NCBI GenBank assembly: GCA_965112635.1
Contig: OZ218778.1
Coordinates: 2,688,001-2,752,000, forward strand
Origin: an uncultured bacterium
GTDB taxonomy: Bacteria > Oederibacteriota > Oederibacteriia > Oederibacteriales > Oederibacteriaceae
Length of the DNA: 64,000 nt
Direction: 5' to 3'
In this document: positions 28,987-38,245 of the stretch, one piece after another
Layout of the letters: each line of letters opens with the position of its first letter
How positions within the stretch are numbered: the first letter of the stretch is position 1
Made by a program: the position numbers and the translations under genes
Notes under the pieces: model-generated
The model's database searches: none
What the model was told of the DNA's origin: nothing
What the model saw: only the letters and a program-made list of their open reading frames with translations

Positions 28987-29757
28987 ATGGAAAACGCTCC
29001 AAGCAAAGAGATTATCCTGCGGGACCTGAGGGCGCTGGGAATTCAGGCAGGCAATGTGCTTTTGGTGCACAGTTCGCTGAAAAGCCTGGGCTTCGTACCC
29101 GGAGGCCCTGCAGAGGTCATCCTGGCCCTGCAGGAAGCTTTGATGCCTCAGGGTTCTTTGGTCATGCCCACCTTTACCTTCGCGGCCATCAATGGCAATA
29201 ATCCCCGGTTTGAGGTGAGGAAAACCCCGTCAGGAGTGGGAAAGATCACCGAAAGCTTCCGCACCATGCCCGGAGTTATGCGCTCACTGCATCCCACCCA
29301 TTCCGTAGGTGTCTGGGGGCGCGATGCTGCGGCCATGACTGCGGGACATGAACGCTTTCAGACACCTTGCGCCATGGGCAGTCCTTTCAGCCGTATTGTG
29401 GAGCGGAAAGGCAAAATCCTGTTCCTGGGCGTCACCACGGAATTCAATACCATGCTCCATGGGGTGGAGGAATGGGCCGGCACGCAAACCTTTACAACTG
29501 AGCCGGAACCCTTGGAGGTCGTGGATTATTCCGGACAGGTCATCCCGGTCCCCTCCCTGCGCCATACCATGGACAGGTCCGCTTATTATCGGAAGATGGA
29601 GCCCTTATATTTGCGTGAGGGTATTATGAAAACAGGCCGGGTCGGACCTGCTGAATGCCGGTTGGTGGATAGCGCCAGGATGACTGAATTTACCCTGAAA
29701 CTTTTAAAGCGATATCCATCGCTGTTTACCAACAATGATATTCCGTCCGATGCCTAA
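28987..29757 (+). CDS. AAC(3)/YokD family N-acetyltransferase
   Basis: LLVHSSLKSLG, LVMPTFT, RSLHPTHSV, GKILFLG, NTMLHGVEE. Confidence 0.88.
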   Translation: MENAPSKEIILRDLRALGIQAGNVLLVHSSLKSLGFVPGGPAEVILALQEALMPQGSLVMPTFTFAAINGNNPRFEVRKTPSGVGKITESFRTMPGVMRSLHPTHSVGVWGRDAAAMTAGHERFQTPCAMGSPFSRIVERKGKILFLGVTTEFNTMLHGVEEWAGTQTFTTEPEPLEVVDYSGQVIPVPSLRHTMDRSAYYRKMEPLYLREGIMKTGRVGPAECRLVDSARMTEFTLKLLKRYPSLFTNNDIPSDA

Positions 29758-29793
29758 GGCAGGATATAATCTAAGTCTGAATGGAGTCCACCA

Positions 29794-30744
29794 ATGCATT
29801 CTAAGAAGATAAAAAGAATAACAGGCAGTTGGTTTGATTTTCACCACCAAAATCCTTTTGACGGAGACTACTGGAACGACCAGGCCGCCAGGTTCACGGA
29901 TGCCCAATGGCGGATAAAAGTGGACGAGGCCAGCGGGCTGGGATTGGACACCCTGGTCCTGATGGCGGTCACCTTGCACGGCAAGTCGTTTTATCCCTCG
30001 CGGGTCATTACCCGGCAATGGAAGATGGGATGCCCGGACCCCCTGGAGGCAGTGCTTTCCCAGGCGGATAAAAAGAAGATCAAAGTTTACCTAGGTATTG
30101 GGTTTTTCCAAGAGGACTCGGACAGCGCCAGAGAAGAATCCAAGCTCGGCTTTCTGCACAGGGAAGTGCCGCAGGAATTGGCACGGAACTACGGGCACCA
30201 TCGCTCTCTCGGCGGTTGGTATTTGCCGGTCGAGGAAGGTTTGCAGGGTTGTTTTTCCACGGTTTACCTGAATTATGTCCATAAGCTGAGCCGGCATTGC
30301 CGAAAAGCACTGGACAGGAAAGTGCTGATCGCGCCTTACGGAACCCAAACTGTCATCCCTGACCGCAAGTATGTGGAGCAACTCAAGCGGCTGGAAGCTG
30401 ACCATGTGGCCTACCAGGATAGTGTGGGTTGCCGTTCGGCCCAAGTTTGGGAGCTGGACAGCATTTATGGGGGGCTGGCCAAGGCCCACAAAAAAGCCAA
30501 GGTGCCCTTGTGGGCGGACACGGAAGTTTTCAATTTTGAAGGAGAGCTCAAAAAAACACCTCTCGTCGCGGCTCCGTTTGCCCGTATCCTGGCCCAACTC
30601 AGGGCCCTTTCCCCCTACTGCGAAAAGATCCTGTGCTACCAGGTCCATGGCCTCATGAATCCGAGGCATAGCAAGGCCATGCTGGGACATCCGTCATCCG
30701 TGCGGCTCTACGAGAACTACATGGAATGGCTCAAGAAACGATGA
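29794..30744 (+). CDS. DUF4434-like putative glycoside hydrolase (TIM barrel)
   Basis: ITGSWF, GLDTLVL, SFYPS, YGHHRSLGGWYLPVE, AYQDSVG, LWADTEVF. Confidence 0.75.
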   Translation: MHSKKIKRITGSWFDFHHQNPFDGDYWNDQAARFTDAQWRIKVDEASGLGLDTLVLMAVTLHGKSFYPSRVITRQWKMGCPDPLEAVLSQADKKKIKVYLGIGFFQEDSDSAREESKLGFLHREVPQELARNYGHHRSLGGWYLPVEEGLQGCFSTVYLNYVHKLSRHCRKALDRKVLIAPYGTQTVIPDRKYVEQLKRLEADHVAYQDSVGCRSAQVWELDSIYGGLAKAHKKAKVPLWADTEVFNFEGELKKTPLVAAPFARILAQLRALSPYCEKILCYQVHGLMNPRHSKAMLGHPSSVRLYENYMEWLKKR

Positions 30745-30781
30745 TCAATCAGTAAACTTTTTAAACCCAAAGGCAGAAAAC

Positions 30782-32002
30782 ATGCTGGTCCATAACCCTG
30801 AAAAACTAAGGTGGTTCTACGAGAATGAACTTTGGAATGACAACATACCGTTCTGGATGGAACATTCGCCGGACCGCAAACACGGCGGGTATTTTACCTG
30901 CCTCAGGGCGGATGGCAGCGTATACGACACCGATAAATTCGTGTGGCTGCAGGCACGGCAGGTCTGGATGCTCTCCAAGTTTTACAATACCCTGGCGCGG
31001 CGCAGGGAGTTTCTGGAGATGGCTGAGTTGGGGGCGAATTTCCTGCGGAAACACGGCCGGGACAAGAACGGGGATTGGTATTTTTCGCTGACCCGCGAAG
31101 GACGGCCCCTGGTCCAGCCTTACAATATTTTTTCCGATTGTTTCGCGGCCATGGCTTTCGCCGAATACGGGCGCGCCTCGGGGGAGAAATGGGCAACTGA
31201 CCTGGCGGTCCATACGTTCGAGCGCATCCAAAAACGCCAGGCCCACCCCAAGGGCAAGTATAATAAGCTGGTCCCCGGGACCCGGCCCATGCGGTCCCTT
31301 TCGCTTCCCATGATTACGGTCAACCTGGCCCAGGAACTGGGGGGAGCTGTTCCAGGTTACAATGTGGAAAAGGTCACCCGGGATAACATCAAAACCGTCA
31401 TGGACCTATTCGTGGACAAGAAGACCAAAATTGTCTACGAAAACGTGAAACCCAACGGAAAACATTTTGATTCATTCGAGGGCCGGCTGCTCAACCCCGG
31501 GCATGGGATAGAGAGCATGTGGTTCATCATGAATGCCGCGGACAAAATGGGTGACGATAAAATGGTCCGGCGGGCCAGCGACTCCCTCCTGGCCCAGATG
31601 AAATTCTGTTGGGACACCCAGTACGGCGGGTTCCTGTATTTCAAGGATGTCCAAGGCGACCCGCCCCAGCAGCTGGAATGGGACCAGAAACTGTGGTGGG
31701 TGCACATGGAGAGCCTCATCGCCTGCCTGATGGCCTGGCACCTGACCGGCCGGCGCGAATTCGCAGCCTGGTATGACCGGGTACACGATTACACCTGGAA
31801 GCATTTCCCGGACAGGAGATACGGCGAATGGTGGGGATACCTTAATCGGCAGGGCCAAGTGCTCCTGCCCTTAAAAGGCGGCAAATGGAAAGGGTGCTTC
31901 CATATCCCGCGGGGGCTGCTGTGCTGCATGAACATCCTGAACAGGATGATAAAGAAGAGCTCAAAGGCCCGAACGCACATCTTGTTGGGAAGGAAGGATT
32001 AG
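30782..32002 (+). CDS. N-acylglucosamine 2-epimerase (AGE family)
   Basis: IPFW...GGYFTCL, DKFVWLQARQVW, NPGHGIESMWF, QKLWWVHME, KGGKWKGCFHIPR. Confidence 0.92.
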   Translation: MLVHNPEKLRWFYENELWNDNIPFWMEHSPDRKHGGYFTCLRADGSVYDTDKFVWLQARQVWMLSKFYNTLARRREFLEMAELGANFLRKHGRDKNGDWYFSLTREGRPLVQPYNIFSDCFAAMAFAEYGRASGEKWATDLAVHTFERIQKRQAHPKGKYNKLVPGTRPMRSLSLPMITVNLAQELGGAVPGYNVEKVTRDNIKTVMDLFVDKKTKIVYENVKPNGKHFDSFEGRLLNPGHGIESMWFIMNAADKMGDDKMVRRASDSLLAQMKFCWDTQYGGFLYFKDVQGDPPQQLEWDQKLWWVHMESLIACLMAWHLTGRREFAAWYDRVHDYTWKHFPDRRYGEWWGYLNRQGQVLLPLKGGKWKGCFHIPRGLLCCMNILNRMIKKSSKARTHILLGRKD

Positions 32003-32171
32003 CTCGTGATAAAAACGGTGTTGTCGCTCATTATGAGTCTTTTGGGAATTTACTTTTTATACCAGGGCAAACGCAAGCAGGAAATAAAGCTCATGCTGGT
32101 GGGTGGAACCTTACTGGTCCTCTCCTATTTCCTTTTCTTTTAAGCCCTCCTGTATCCGGGTTCAACCCCTT

Positions 32172-35048
32172 TCAACGAAGCACGGCGAATTTACCGATTA
32201 CGCGTGCTTCCCGGGTGTTCCTTCTGGCCTGGATAGCATAATAATACATACCATTGGCCAAACGGTCATGATGCATATCCAGAAGATCGTAAGGCAGCGT
32301 ATAAGTATATAGCGCCACCCCGTTTTCATATTCGATCTGGAGCAAAGGCGAATTGGCCGGGTCGTAGATCGAAAGGGACTGGACAAGACGTATAGAGGTC
32401 GTATAGATCTTGAAAATCAATTGGTCCGGCACATCGGTCATCTTGATATAAACCTTCAACCCATTGCCATCCCGGACCGGGTTGGGATAAGGCACATGTT
32501 TCATAATCCAAAGAGGCCCGCTGGCTGTCGGTGTGAACGTGGCTGTGTTGGTAAAGGTCATGCTGGAGGTAAGGGTACAACTCGGGGTCACGGTATTTGA
32601 AGGAGTAAAAGAATAGGACGGGGTGAGGGTGCAGGTAAAAGTGAAAGTCTGGGTAAAAGTCGCTGTTTGTGTGGCTGTATTGGTATAGCTTGGGGTATTG
32701 GTGATCGTGAATGTCTGGCTGGAGGTAAGGGTTTGGGTCGAGGTCATGGTCTGGCTGGCAGTCTGGGTCGCGGTCCCCGTGTAGGACTGGGTAAAAGTCT
32801 GGGTAAAGGTCCGGGTCTGGCTGGCAGTCTGGGTCGCGGTTCCCGTGTAGGACTGGGTAAAAGTCTGGGTAAAAGTCCGGGTCTGGCTGAAAGTCATGGT
32901 CTGGGTGGCAGTCTGGGTCGCCGTTCCCGTGTAGGACTGGGTAAAAGTCAGGCTGGAAGTCAGGGTCAGACTGGGAGTCAGGGTCTGAGTTGCCGTAAGC
33001 GTAAAAGTGGTTGTGGTGGTCACTGTCCCGGTCAGGGACGAGGTCAGGGTGCTGGTGGCCGTTTGGCTGGGGCCAGGCGTGAAAGTCTGGGTCGGCGTGG
33101 AGGTAGCAGTCCCCGTCATGGTCGAAGTTCTGGTCGGTGTCTGGGTGGCTGTTTGGGTGATTGTGCCGGTCGTCGTACAAGTACCGGTGGGTGTTCCGGT
33201 ATAGGTCGAGGTTGACGTCCGCGTATAGGTCATGGTCGGCGTGTAATTTTGCGGAGGGCATAAAGTGAGGTCATCCACCCAAATCGTATGGCTACCCATC
33301 TGGGTGGAGTCCAGGATGATACCTAGATCATAGATGTCGTTGAATAAAGGCATGGTGCCCCCGCTCGGGTGTGCAGTAAAAGAGGATGGCAGGTAAAAAG
33401 TAAATCTGGTCCATGCGTTGGTCGCTGTCTGTTGCGATGACCACGCCTGGTTAAAAAGCGGATAATCCCTTATCTGCACGCGAAATCTCTCTCCTCCCAC
33501 GCTCCCCTTGACCCAGATGGATAACTGGGTGTAGTTGGTCCAATTGGTCAGTGTTCCCAAAGAATTAAAAAATGACACCCATCCGTTTGGCTGCATATTC
33601 CAGGTGAGATTCATGGAATATCCCGCTCCGCCGTGATTATTGGCGCCATCATAGGTAGCGGTCCCCGTGGTGGTGGTATTGCTTGTGCTGTCATATCCGG
33701 AAGGGAGTATGGCGGTGATGCCGCCGCTGCTGGTCGGGTCCGTGCCGCCGTTATAGTCCGCGATTGTATCGAACGTTGAGCACGGAGTTGGATTAGGGGT
33801 CGGAGTCACAATAATTTCATCCGCCCCGATACAAGGCGGGTTTTGCCGCGGATGCAGGTAAATATCCTGGGTCACTTCGGGCAAACTCACTCCCTGCGCA
33901 ATGGCTCCCACTGCCTGGGCCGTCAGGTCCAGGTTGTTGGCCGCGGGATTGACCCAGTAATTCGCCGGGGTGCCCAGGTAATTGTTGCTGACAACCCCGG
34001 ACGTCAAACCCGAGGTGTCCAGTTGGCCGTCGATCAGGTTATTTTCGATATTTGTATTGGTGATCGTATTATAGGCAATGCAGCGGATACCCCTCGCCCC
34101 GTCATCCGGCCGGTAACAGCTGTTATTGTAAATTTTGCAGCCGTCCACCCAGCCCATTTCAATGCAGCAATCGACCGGGTTGGAGATGTAATTGTTCATG
34201 ACGGTCATATTCTGCCCGCTTATTTCACCGCAGCCGTAGAGCCCCAAACTGACCCCCCTGTCGCAATTTAAGATCTTGTTTCGTTGAAGAATGCAATTTT
34301 TACATCCCACCCAGAGTTGAAAGGCCGACCTCCCGCCTCCGTCGGCTCCTTTGATGTTCAAAAAAGTATTATCCTGGAAAGTCCAGCTATCCAAACGCAT
34401 CATATCAATGCCGGCGATATAGTCTCCGTTAAAGATCCAGCATGTGTTAGGGAGTTTGTTGTCCTCAAAGTAGCAGTTTTGCACCAGTCCGTACAAAGCG
34501 TGCGTATTGCCTGAGGTATCGGCAGTCCCTTTGATACAGCGGAATCCAAAATTGATGAACCGGCAGTTGAGTATCTCGATATCCTGGGGCGAGGAATAGG
34601 AATTCACTTTTATCCCGTAGCAGGCTTCGGTAAAGGTGATGGCCGAGATGGTCAGCGAGGTGCAAGTAGCAAAATCCGCGACCCACAGGCAGTCATTATT
34701 GCCTTCCCCCGGATGGGTTGAACAGGGCATTGAGCCATCATCAATAAAACCGATCCCCCGGATGATCACCTTGGTGGGGTCATTGGAAGCGCTGGTGAGA
34801 ACGACATTATTTGCGTTGTTGAACCTCAAGGGGCTGTTCTCGTTCAGCTGGTAGGTCCCGTCTGCCAGTTTGATGCAATCCCCTGGCTGGGCATTGGTTA
34901 CGGCGTTATACAAAGCGACCACATTAGCCACATTAACCGTATGCAGACAGGCTGCCTGGGCGGGAATAGCCAAATGAATGGCCGCGAGGACCAAGAGAAG
35001 TCCATAAAATGAAAAAAGAACCTTTCGGTATGCCCCTGTGTCTGACAA
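32172..35048 (-). CDS. Secreted right-handed beta-helix protein with CBM11-like domain, Thr-rich linker and T9SS-type CTD
   Basis: AQPGDCIKLADGTY, Asn-ladder repeats; SIWVKG, IWVDDL; about 250-aa TxT linker; PYPNP...KIYT...LANGMYYY...GKFAVLR. Confidence 0.82.
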   Translation of the reverse strand: MSDTGAYRKVLFSFYGLLLVLAAIHLAIPAQAACLHTVNVANVVALYNAVTNAQPGDCIKLADGTYQLNENSPLRFNNANNVVLTSASNDPTKVIIRGIGFIDDGSMPCSTHPGEGNNDCLWVADFATCTSLTISAITFTEACYGIKVNSYSSPQDIEILNCRFINFGFRCIKGTADTSGNTHALYGLVQNCYFEDNKLPNTCWIFNGDYIAGIDMMRLDSWTFQDNTFLNIKGADGGGRSAFQLWVGCKNCILQRNKILNCDRGVSLGLYGCGEISGQNMTVMNNYISNPVDCCIEMGWVDGCKIYNNSCYRPDDGARGIRCIAYNTITNTNIENNLIDGQLDTSGLTSGVVSNNYLGTPANYWVNPAANNLDLTAQAVGAIAQGVSLPEVTQDIYLHPRQNPPCIGADEIIVTPTPNPTPCSTFDTIADYNGGTDPTSSGGITAILPSGYDSTSNTTTTGTATYDGANNHGGAGYSMNLTWNMQPNGWVSFFNSLGTLTNWTNYTQLSIWVKGSVGGERFRVQIRDYPLFNQAWSSQQTATNAWTRFTFYLPSSFTAHPSGGTMPLFNDIYDLGIILDSTQMGSHTIWVDDLTLCPPQNYTPTMTYTRTSTSTYTGTPTGTCTTTGTITQTATQTPTRTSTMTGTATSTPTQTFTPGPSQTATSTLTSSLTGTVTTTTTFTLTATQTLTPSLTLTSSLTFTQSYTGTATQTATQTMTFSQTRTFTQTFTQSYTGTATQTASQTRTFTQTFTQSYTGTATQTASQTMTSTQTLTSSQTFTITNTPSYTNTATQTATFTQTFTFTCTLTPSYSFTPSNTVTPSCTLTSSMTFTNTATFTPTASGPLWIMKHVPYPNPVRDGNGLKVYIKMTDVPDQLIFKIYTTSIRLVQSLSIYDPANSPLLQIEYENGVALYTYTLPYDLLDMHHDRLANGMYYYAIQARRNTREARVIGKFAVLR
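32745..32950 (-). repeat. Intragenic tandem repeat (about 66-84 bp units) encoding FTQSYTGTATQTA[ST]QT
   Basis: Three near-identical copies containing CCCGTGTAGGACTGGGTAAAAGTC. Confidence 0.8.
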
Positions 35049-35291
35049 CTTTTCTCCCTCGCCAAGTACTCTAAAGGCGCGTCAGTCGGCTAGCTCTCCC
35101 ATCATGGACTCGCGTCCACGATCGGCTTTTCGCTTGTTCTTGAATAATCTTCTTTAATTTGGTTGTTTTAGAACCCTGCCAGGTACTTTAAGTTAATTAT
35201 ACTATCCAAAATAAGATTTCCTACTAATAATTAGACAATTCCGGACTTTAAAAGTTCCCGTTGAAAGTTTTTTAATGGAAAAGTAAAGGGT

Positions 35292-36554
35292 TTAGGGGTT
35301 TGCGGGGGCTTGCTGGGAAGACGGCCCCGCGTTAAATTCACTGGCCCCGATATCCGGCGGGTCTTTTCTGGGATTGTGGTCTATATCCTCGGTCACCTCA
35401 GGCAAGGCGACCCCTTTGCCGATGGCTCCCTCGGCCTGGCTGGTCAAATGCAGGTCTCCGGCCCCGGGATTGACCCAGTAATTCGCCGTCGCATGGATCT
35501 CATTATTGCTGGTATCGCACTGGGAACCGGAGGTCTCCAGCCATTCGTTCATCAGGTTGTTCTTGATGCTCGTGTCCGTGACCGTGTTGTGACCGAGACA
35601 GGTGATCCCCGACCCACCCTCATCCGGCCGGTAACAGCTGTTGTTGTATATCTTGCAGCCGTCATTTCTGCACATTTCAATGGCGCTGTCTTTGTTCCCT
35701 GATATGAAATTATTGCGGACGACCTGGTTGTCCCCGTTCTCTTCCGTGCTGGCCGGCAGTCCCAGGGTGACCCCCCGGTCGCAACCCGTAATATGGTTCC
35801 GCTGGACGATGCAGTTCTGGCATCCCACCCAGATAAAAACAGCCGCGCGGGCCCCGCCATGGGCGCCCTTGATGTTCAGAAAAGTGTTGTCTTCGATGGT
35901 CCAGCTGTCCAAACGCATCATATCAATGCCAGCGATGTAATCTCCGTTGAAAACCCAGCAGGGAGGCGGAACTTTGTTGTCCTCAAAATAGCAGTCCCTG
36001 ATCAATCCGCGCATGGCATGGGCGTTGCCCCCCGTATCGGCCGTCCCCTTGATGCAGCGGTACCCCAAATTGATGAACCGGCAGCTGAGGATATCGATGT
36101 CCTGGGGTGAATTTTGCGAATACACCTTGATCCCGTAGCAGGCTTCGGTGAAAGTGATGGCCGAGACCGTGATGGATGAGCACACGGCGTTGTCCGCGAT
36201 CCAAAGGCAGTCGTTGTTTTCCTCTCCCCGGTGGGGTGAGCATGACTGAGAGCCGTCGTCCGTGAAACCGGTGCCCTGGATGATGACCTTGGTAGGATCG
36301 TGGGAGGCGCTGGTCAGGACAACACGGTTGACCCCATTGAACCGCAAGGGTCTGTTCTCGGTCAGATGGTAGGTGCCGTCAGCGAGCAGGATGCAGTCGC
36401 CGTCCTTGGCCCCCTTGACCGCGTCGTACAATGTGGTCACATCGGATACGTTGACGGTCTGGCCGCAGTCTGCCCCTATCCTCCCGGCTGGCAGCAGGGA
36501 AAAAAGGATAAGGGCTAACGAGATCACGCCAAATGTTTCAGCTGATTTCCGCAT
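35292..36554 (-). CDS. Right-handed beta-helix protein, paralog of the N-terminal domain of 32172-35048, without CTD
   Basis: Shared blocks VVLTSAS.DPTKVII.G.GF.DDGS, SAITFTEACYGIKV, FNGDYIAGIDMMRLDSWT; signal peptide. Confidence 0.85.
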   Translation of the reverse strand: MRKSAETFGVISLALILFSLLPAGRIGADCGQTVNVSDVTTLYDAVKGAKDGDCILLADGTYHLTENRPLRFNGVNRVVLTSASHDPTKVIIQGTGFTDDGSQSCSPHRGEENNDCLWIADNAVCSSITVSAITFTEACYGIKVYSQNSPQDIDILSCRFINLGYRCIKGTADTGGNAHAMRGLIRDCYFEDNKVPPPCWVFNGDYIAGIDMMRLDSWTIEDNTFLNIKGAHGGARAAVFIWVGCQNCIVQRNHITGCDRGVTLGLPASTEENGDNQVVRNNFISGNKDSAIEMCRNDGCKIYNNSCYRPDEGGSGITCLGHNTVTDTSIKNNLMNEWLETSGSQCDTSNNEIHATANYWVNPGAGDLHLTSQAEGAIGKGVALPEVTEDIDHNPRKDPPDIGASEFNAGPSSQQAPANP

Positions 36555-36987
36555 CTATTTTCCTCATGTTCCTGAACACCATTTCCCTCTCGTTGCGGGT
36601 GACATGCTGGTCAATGTAGGGATAGATGATATGTTCTTCCTTGAAAGTGTGGGATTCCAGTAAAGTCTCCAAGGCCGCTTCCTCGGGCCCGCTGAACCCT
36701 TTTTGCTCCAATCGCTTGGTCATAGCGCTCAGGAGGTTCAGGATCTCTCCGTGCTCCCGCCGGACCTCTTTGGTTGAATTGGCCAAATAGGCAACGCTCT
36801 CCGCTTCAAAGATAGGGAAGATCAACCTGTCCTCCCAAAGAATATGACGATGCAGGCTCTGCTTGAGGGTCCTCAGGTTTTCTGGTGAATGCTCCTTGTC
36901 CTTGGCCAGGGAATCCTGGTAATGGTCAAAAATCCCCCTGATCCTTTGGTGGTCCTTGTGGAAAAAATCGTAGAATGAATTTTCCAA
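36538..36987 (-). CDS. Hemerythrin-domain protein
   Basis: DH..., HILWEDRLIFP, EHGEI, HTFKEEHIIYP (HHE repeats). Confidence 0.85.
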   Translation of the reverse strand: MENSFYDFFHKDHQRIRGIFDHYQDSLAKDKEHSPENLRTLKQSLHRHILWEDRLIFPIFEAESVAYLANSTKEVRREHGEILNLLSAMTKRLEQKGFSGPEEAALETLLESHTFKEEHIIYPYIDQHVTRNEREMVFRNMRKIDAEIS

Positions 36988-37027
36988 TCTGCTCTCCCCG
37001 CGTGGTCCAATAATCGCTTAATTTTAA

Positions 37028-38023
37028 CTACTTTTCGCCTTTTTTGTCATGTAAAAACTTGATTAAATCTTCAGGCAAGGGTGCCGTAAAGGTGATGGGT
37101 TGGCAGTTGACCGGATGAGTCAAGGAAAGCCCATAGGCATGCAAGAGTTGGCGGTCCGCCCCATACCGGCCTCCAAAAGCCTGGTCGCCCCCGGCTTTGA
37201 CATGGTGGATGTAATCCAGGAATTCGGTGTCGGTCCGGCCATAGAGCTTGTCGCCCACGACTGGATGGCCAAGGTAGGCCAAATGAACTCGTATCTGGTT
37301 GGTCCGACCTGTTTTGGGAAAAGCCGCCACCAGGGTATATCCATCCAACCTCTCCAGGACTTTAAACTCGGTCACGGACTCCTTGGCCCCAGGGCTCCCC
37401 TCAGGGACTACGGCCCAGCGTATGGAGATCTCGCTCTGCTCGTCCCTGGCAACGGGCTGGTCAACCCTGTAAGAGTCCTTTTCCATCACACCGGCCACGA
37501 TACAGCGGTATTCTTTGCTTACCGCCCCTGACTCAAACTGTCTGAGCAAGTCTGCCAAAGCTTCCCTGGTTTTGGCGACCACCATCAGCCCGCTGGTCTC
37601 CCTGTCCAAACGGTGGCACAACCACAGTTTCCCCTGATAACCCCGCTGCTTGAGCATTTCTGTCAGTAGGAAGATGAAGGTGTGCTTGATAAAATTTCCG
37701 TCGCTGTGCGAAGGCAGGGTGGCTGGCTTGTTGGCCACCAGAAGATGGTCATCTTCAAAAAGGACCTGGATGTTCTTGTCCACCGGAGGTTCCCTCAAGG
37801 CCACCCAATAGCTGACCAGGTCACCCTTTATCAATTTTTCCTTGCCCGTGGCCGGCTTGTTGTTGAGCAGGAGTTTTCTGTCATCCAGGGCACCCTGCCA
37901 GGCTTGAGGGTTCCGGTAGGGATAACGCTTTTGGAGATATTCCATGAGGGACATTCCGGCATATTTGGTCGGTACGGGAGACTTGAGGAGGGTAAGTTCG
38001 TTCTGACCATCCGGCATTTTCAT
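37028..38023 (-). CDS. RluA/RluD family pseudouridine synthase
   Basis: NKPATLPSH, HRLDRETSGL, TGRTNQIRVHL, GHPVVGDKLYG, LHAYGL. Confidence 0.92.
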   Translation of the reverse strand: MKMPDGQNELTLLKSPVPTKYAGMSLMEYLQKRYPYRNPQAWQGALDDRKLLLNNKPATGKEKLIKGDLVSYWVALREPPVDKNIQVLFEDDHLLVANKPATLPSHSDGNFIKHTFIFLLTEMLKQRGYQGKLWLCHRLDRETSGLMVVAKTREALADLLRQFESGAVSKEYRCIVAGVMEKDSYRVDQPVARDEQSEISIRWAVVPEGSPGAKESVTEFKVLERLDGYTLVAAFPKTGRTNQIRVHLAYLGHPVVGDKLYGRTDTEFLDYIHHVKAGGDQAFGGRYGADRQLLHAYGLSLTHPVNCQPITFTAPLPEDLIKFLHDKKGEK

Positions 38024-38043
38024 CTTTTTTTTGCCAGGCCTTC

Positions 38044-38241
38044 CTATCGGGATAGCGCTTAGAGCACCACGGGCTCTGCCCGTGGGTGAATAAGCGCGAA
38101 TATAATAAACAGCTTCCTTTCCGAGAGGATTCCAAAGGAGGTTACTCCTTTGGTCAGCCAGCGCAGCTGGCTGGGTGTTTTGTGGGGGCCACGGGCCAGT
38201 CGCTTCGCCGACTAGGCGAGCTGTGTCCGTGGGGGACCCAC
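38044..38241 (+). mobile_element. Non-coding palindromic element, copy 1 (IS200/IS605-end-like, PATE/MITE-like)
   Basis: CCACGGGC..GyCCGTGG hairpins at both ends; core CCGAGAGGATTCCAAAGGAGGTTACTCCTTTGGTCAG shared with 41946-42211. Confidence 0.7.
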
Positions 38242-38245
38242 GGCT

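Noticed and set aside
28987-29757. Acquired aminoglycoside resistance gene
   Set aside because: Host-like composition, no mobile context, located in a sugar operon; only a family-level match
32600-33240. Repeated units resembling a CRISPR or other array
   Set aside because: In-frame coding repeats without unique spacers; no cas genes in the window
32326-33261. 311-aa H/P/D-rich alternative-frame ORF
   Set aside because: Off-frame reading of the Thr-rich repeat linker
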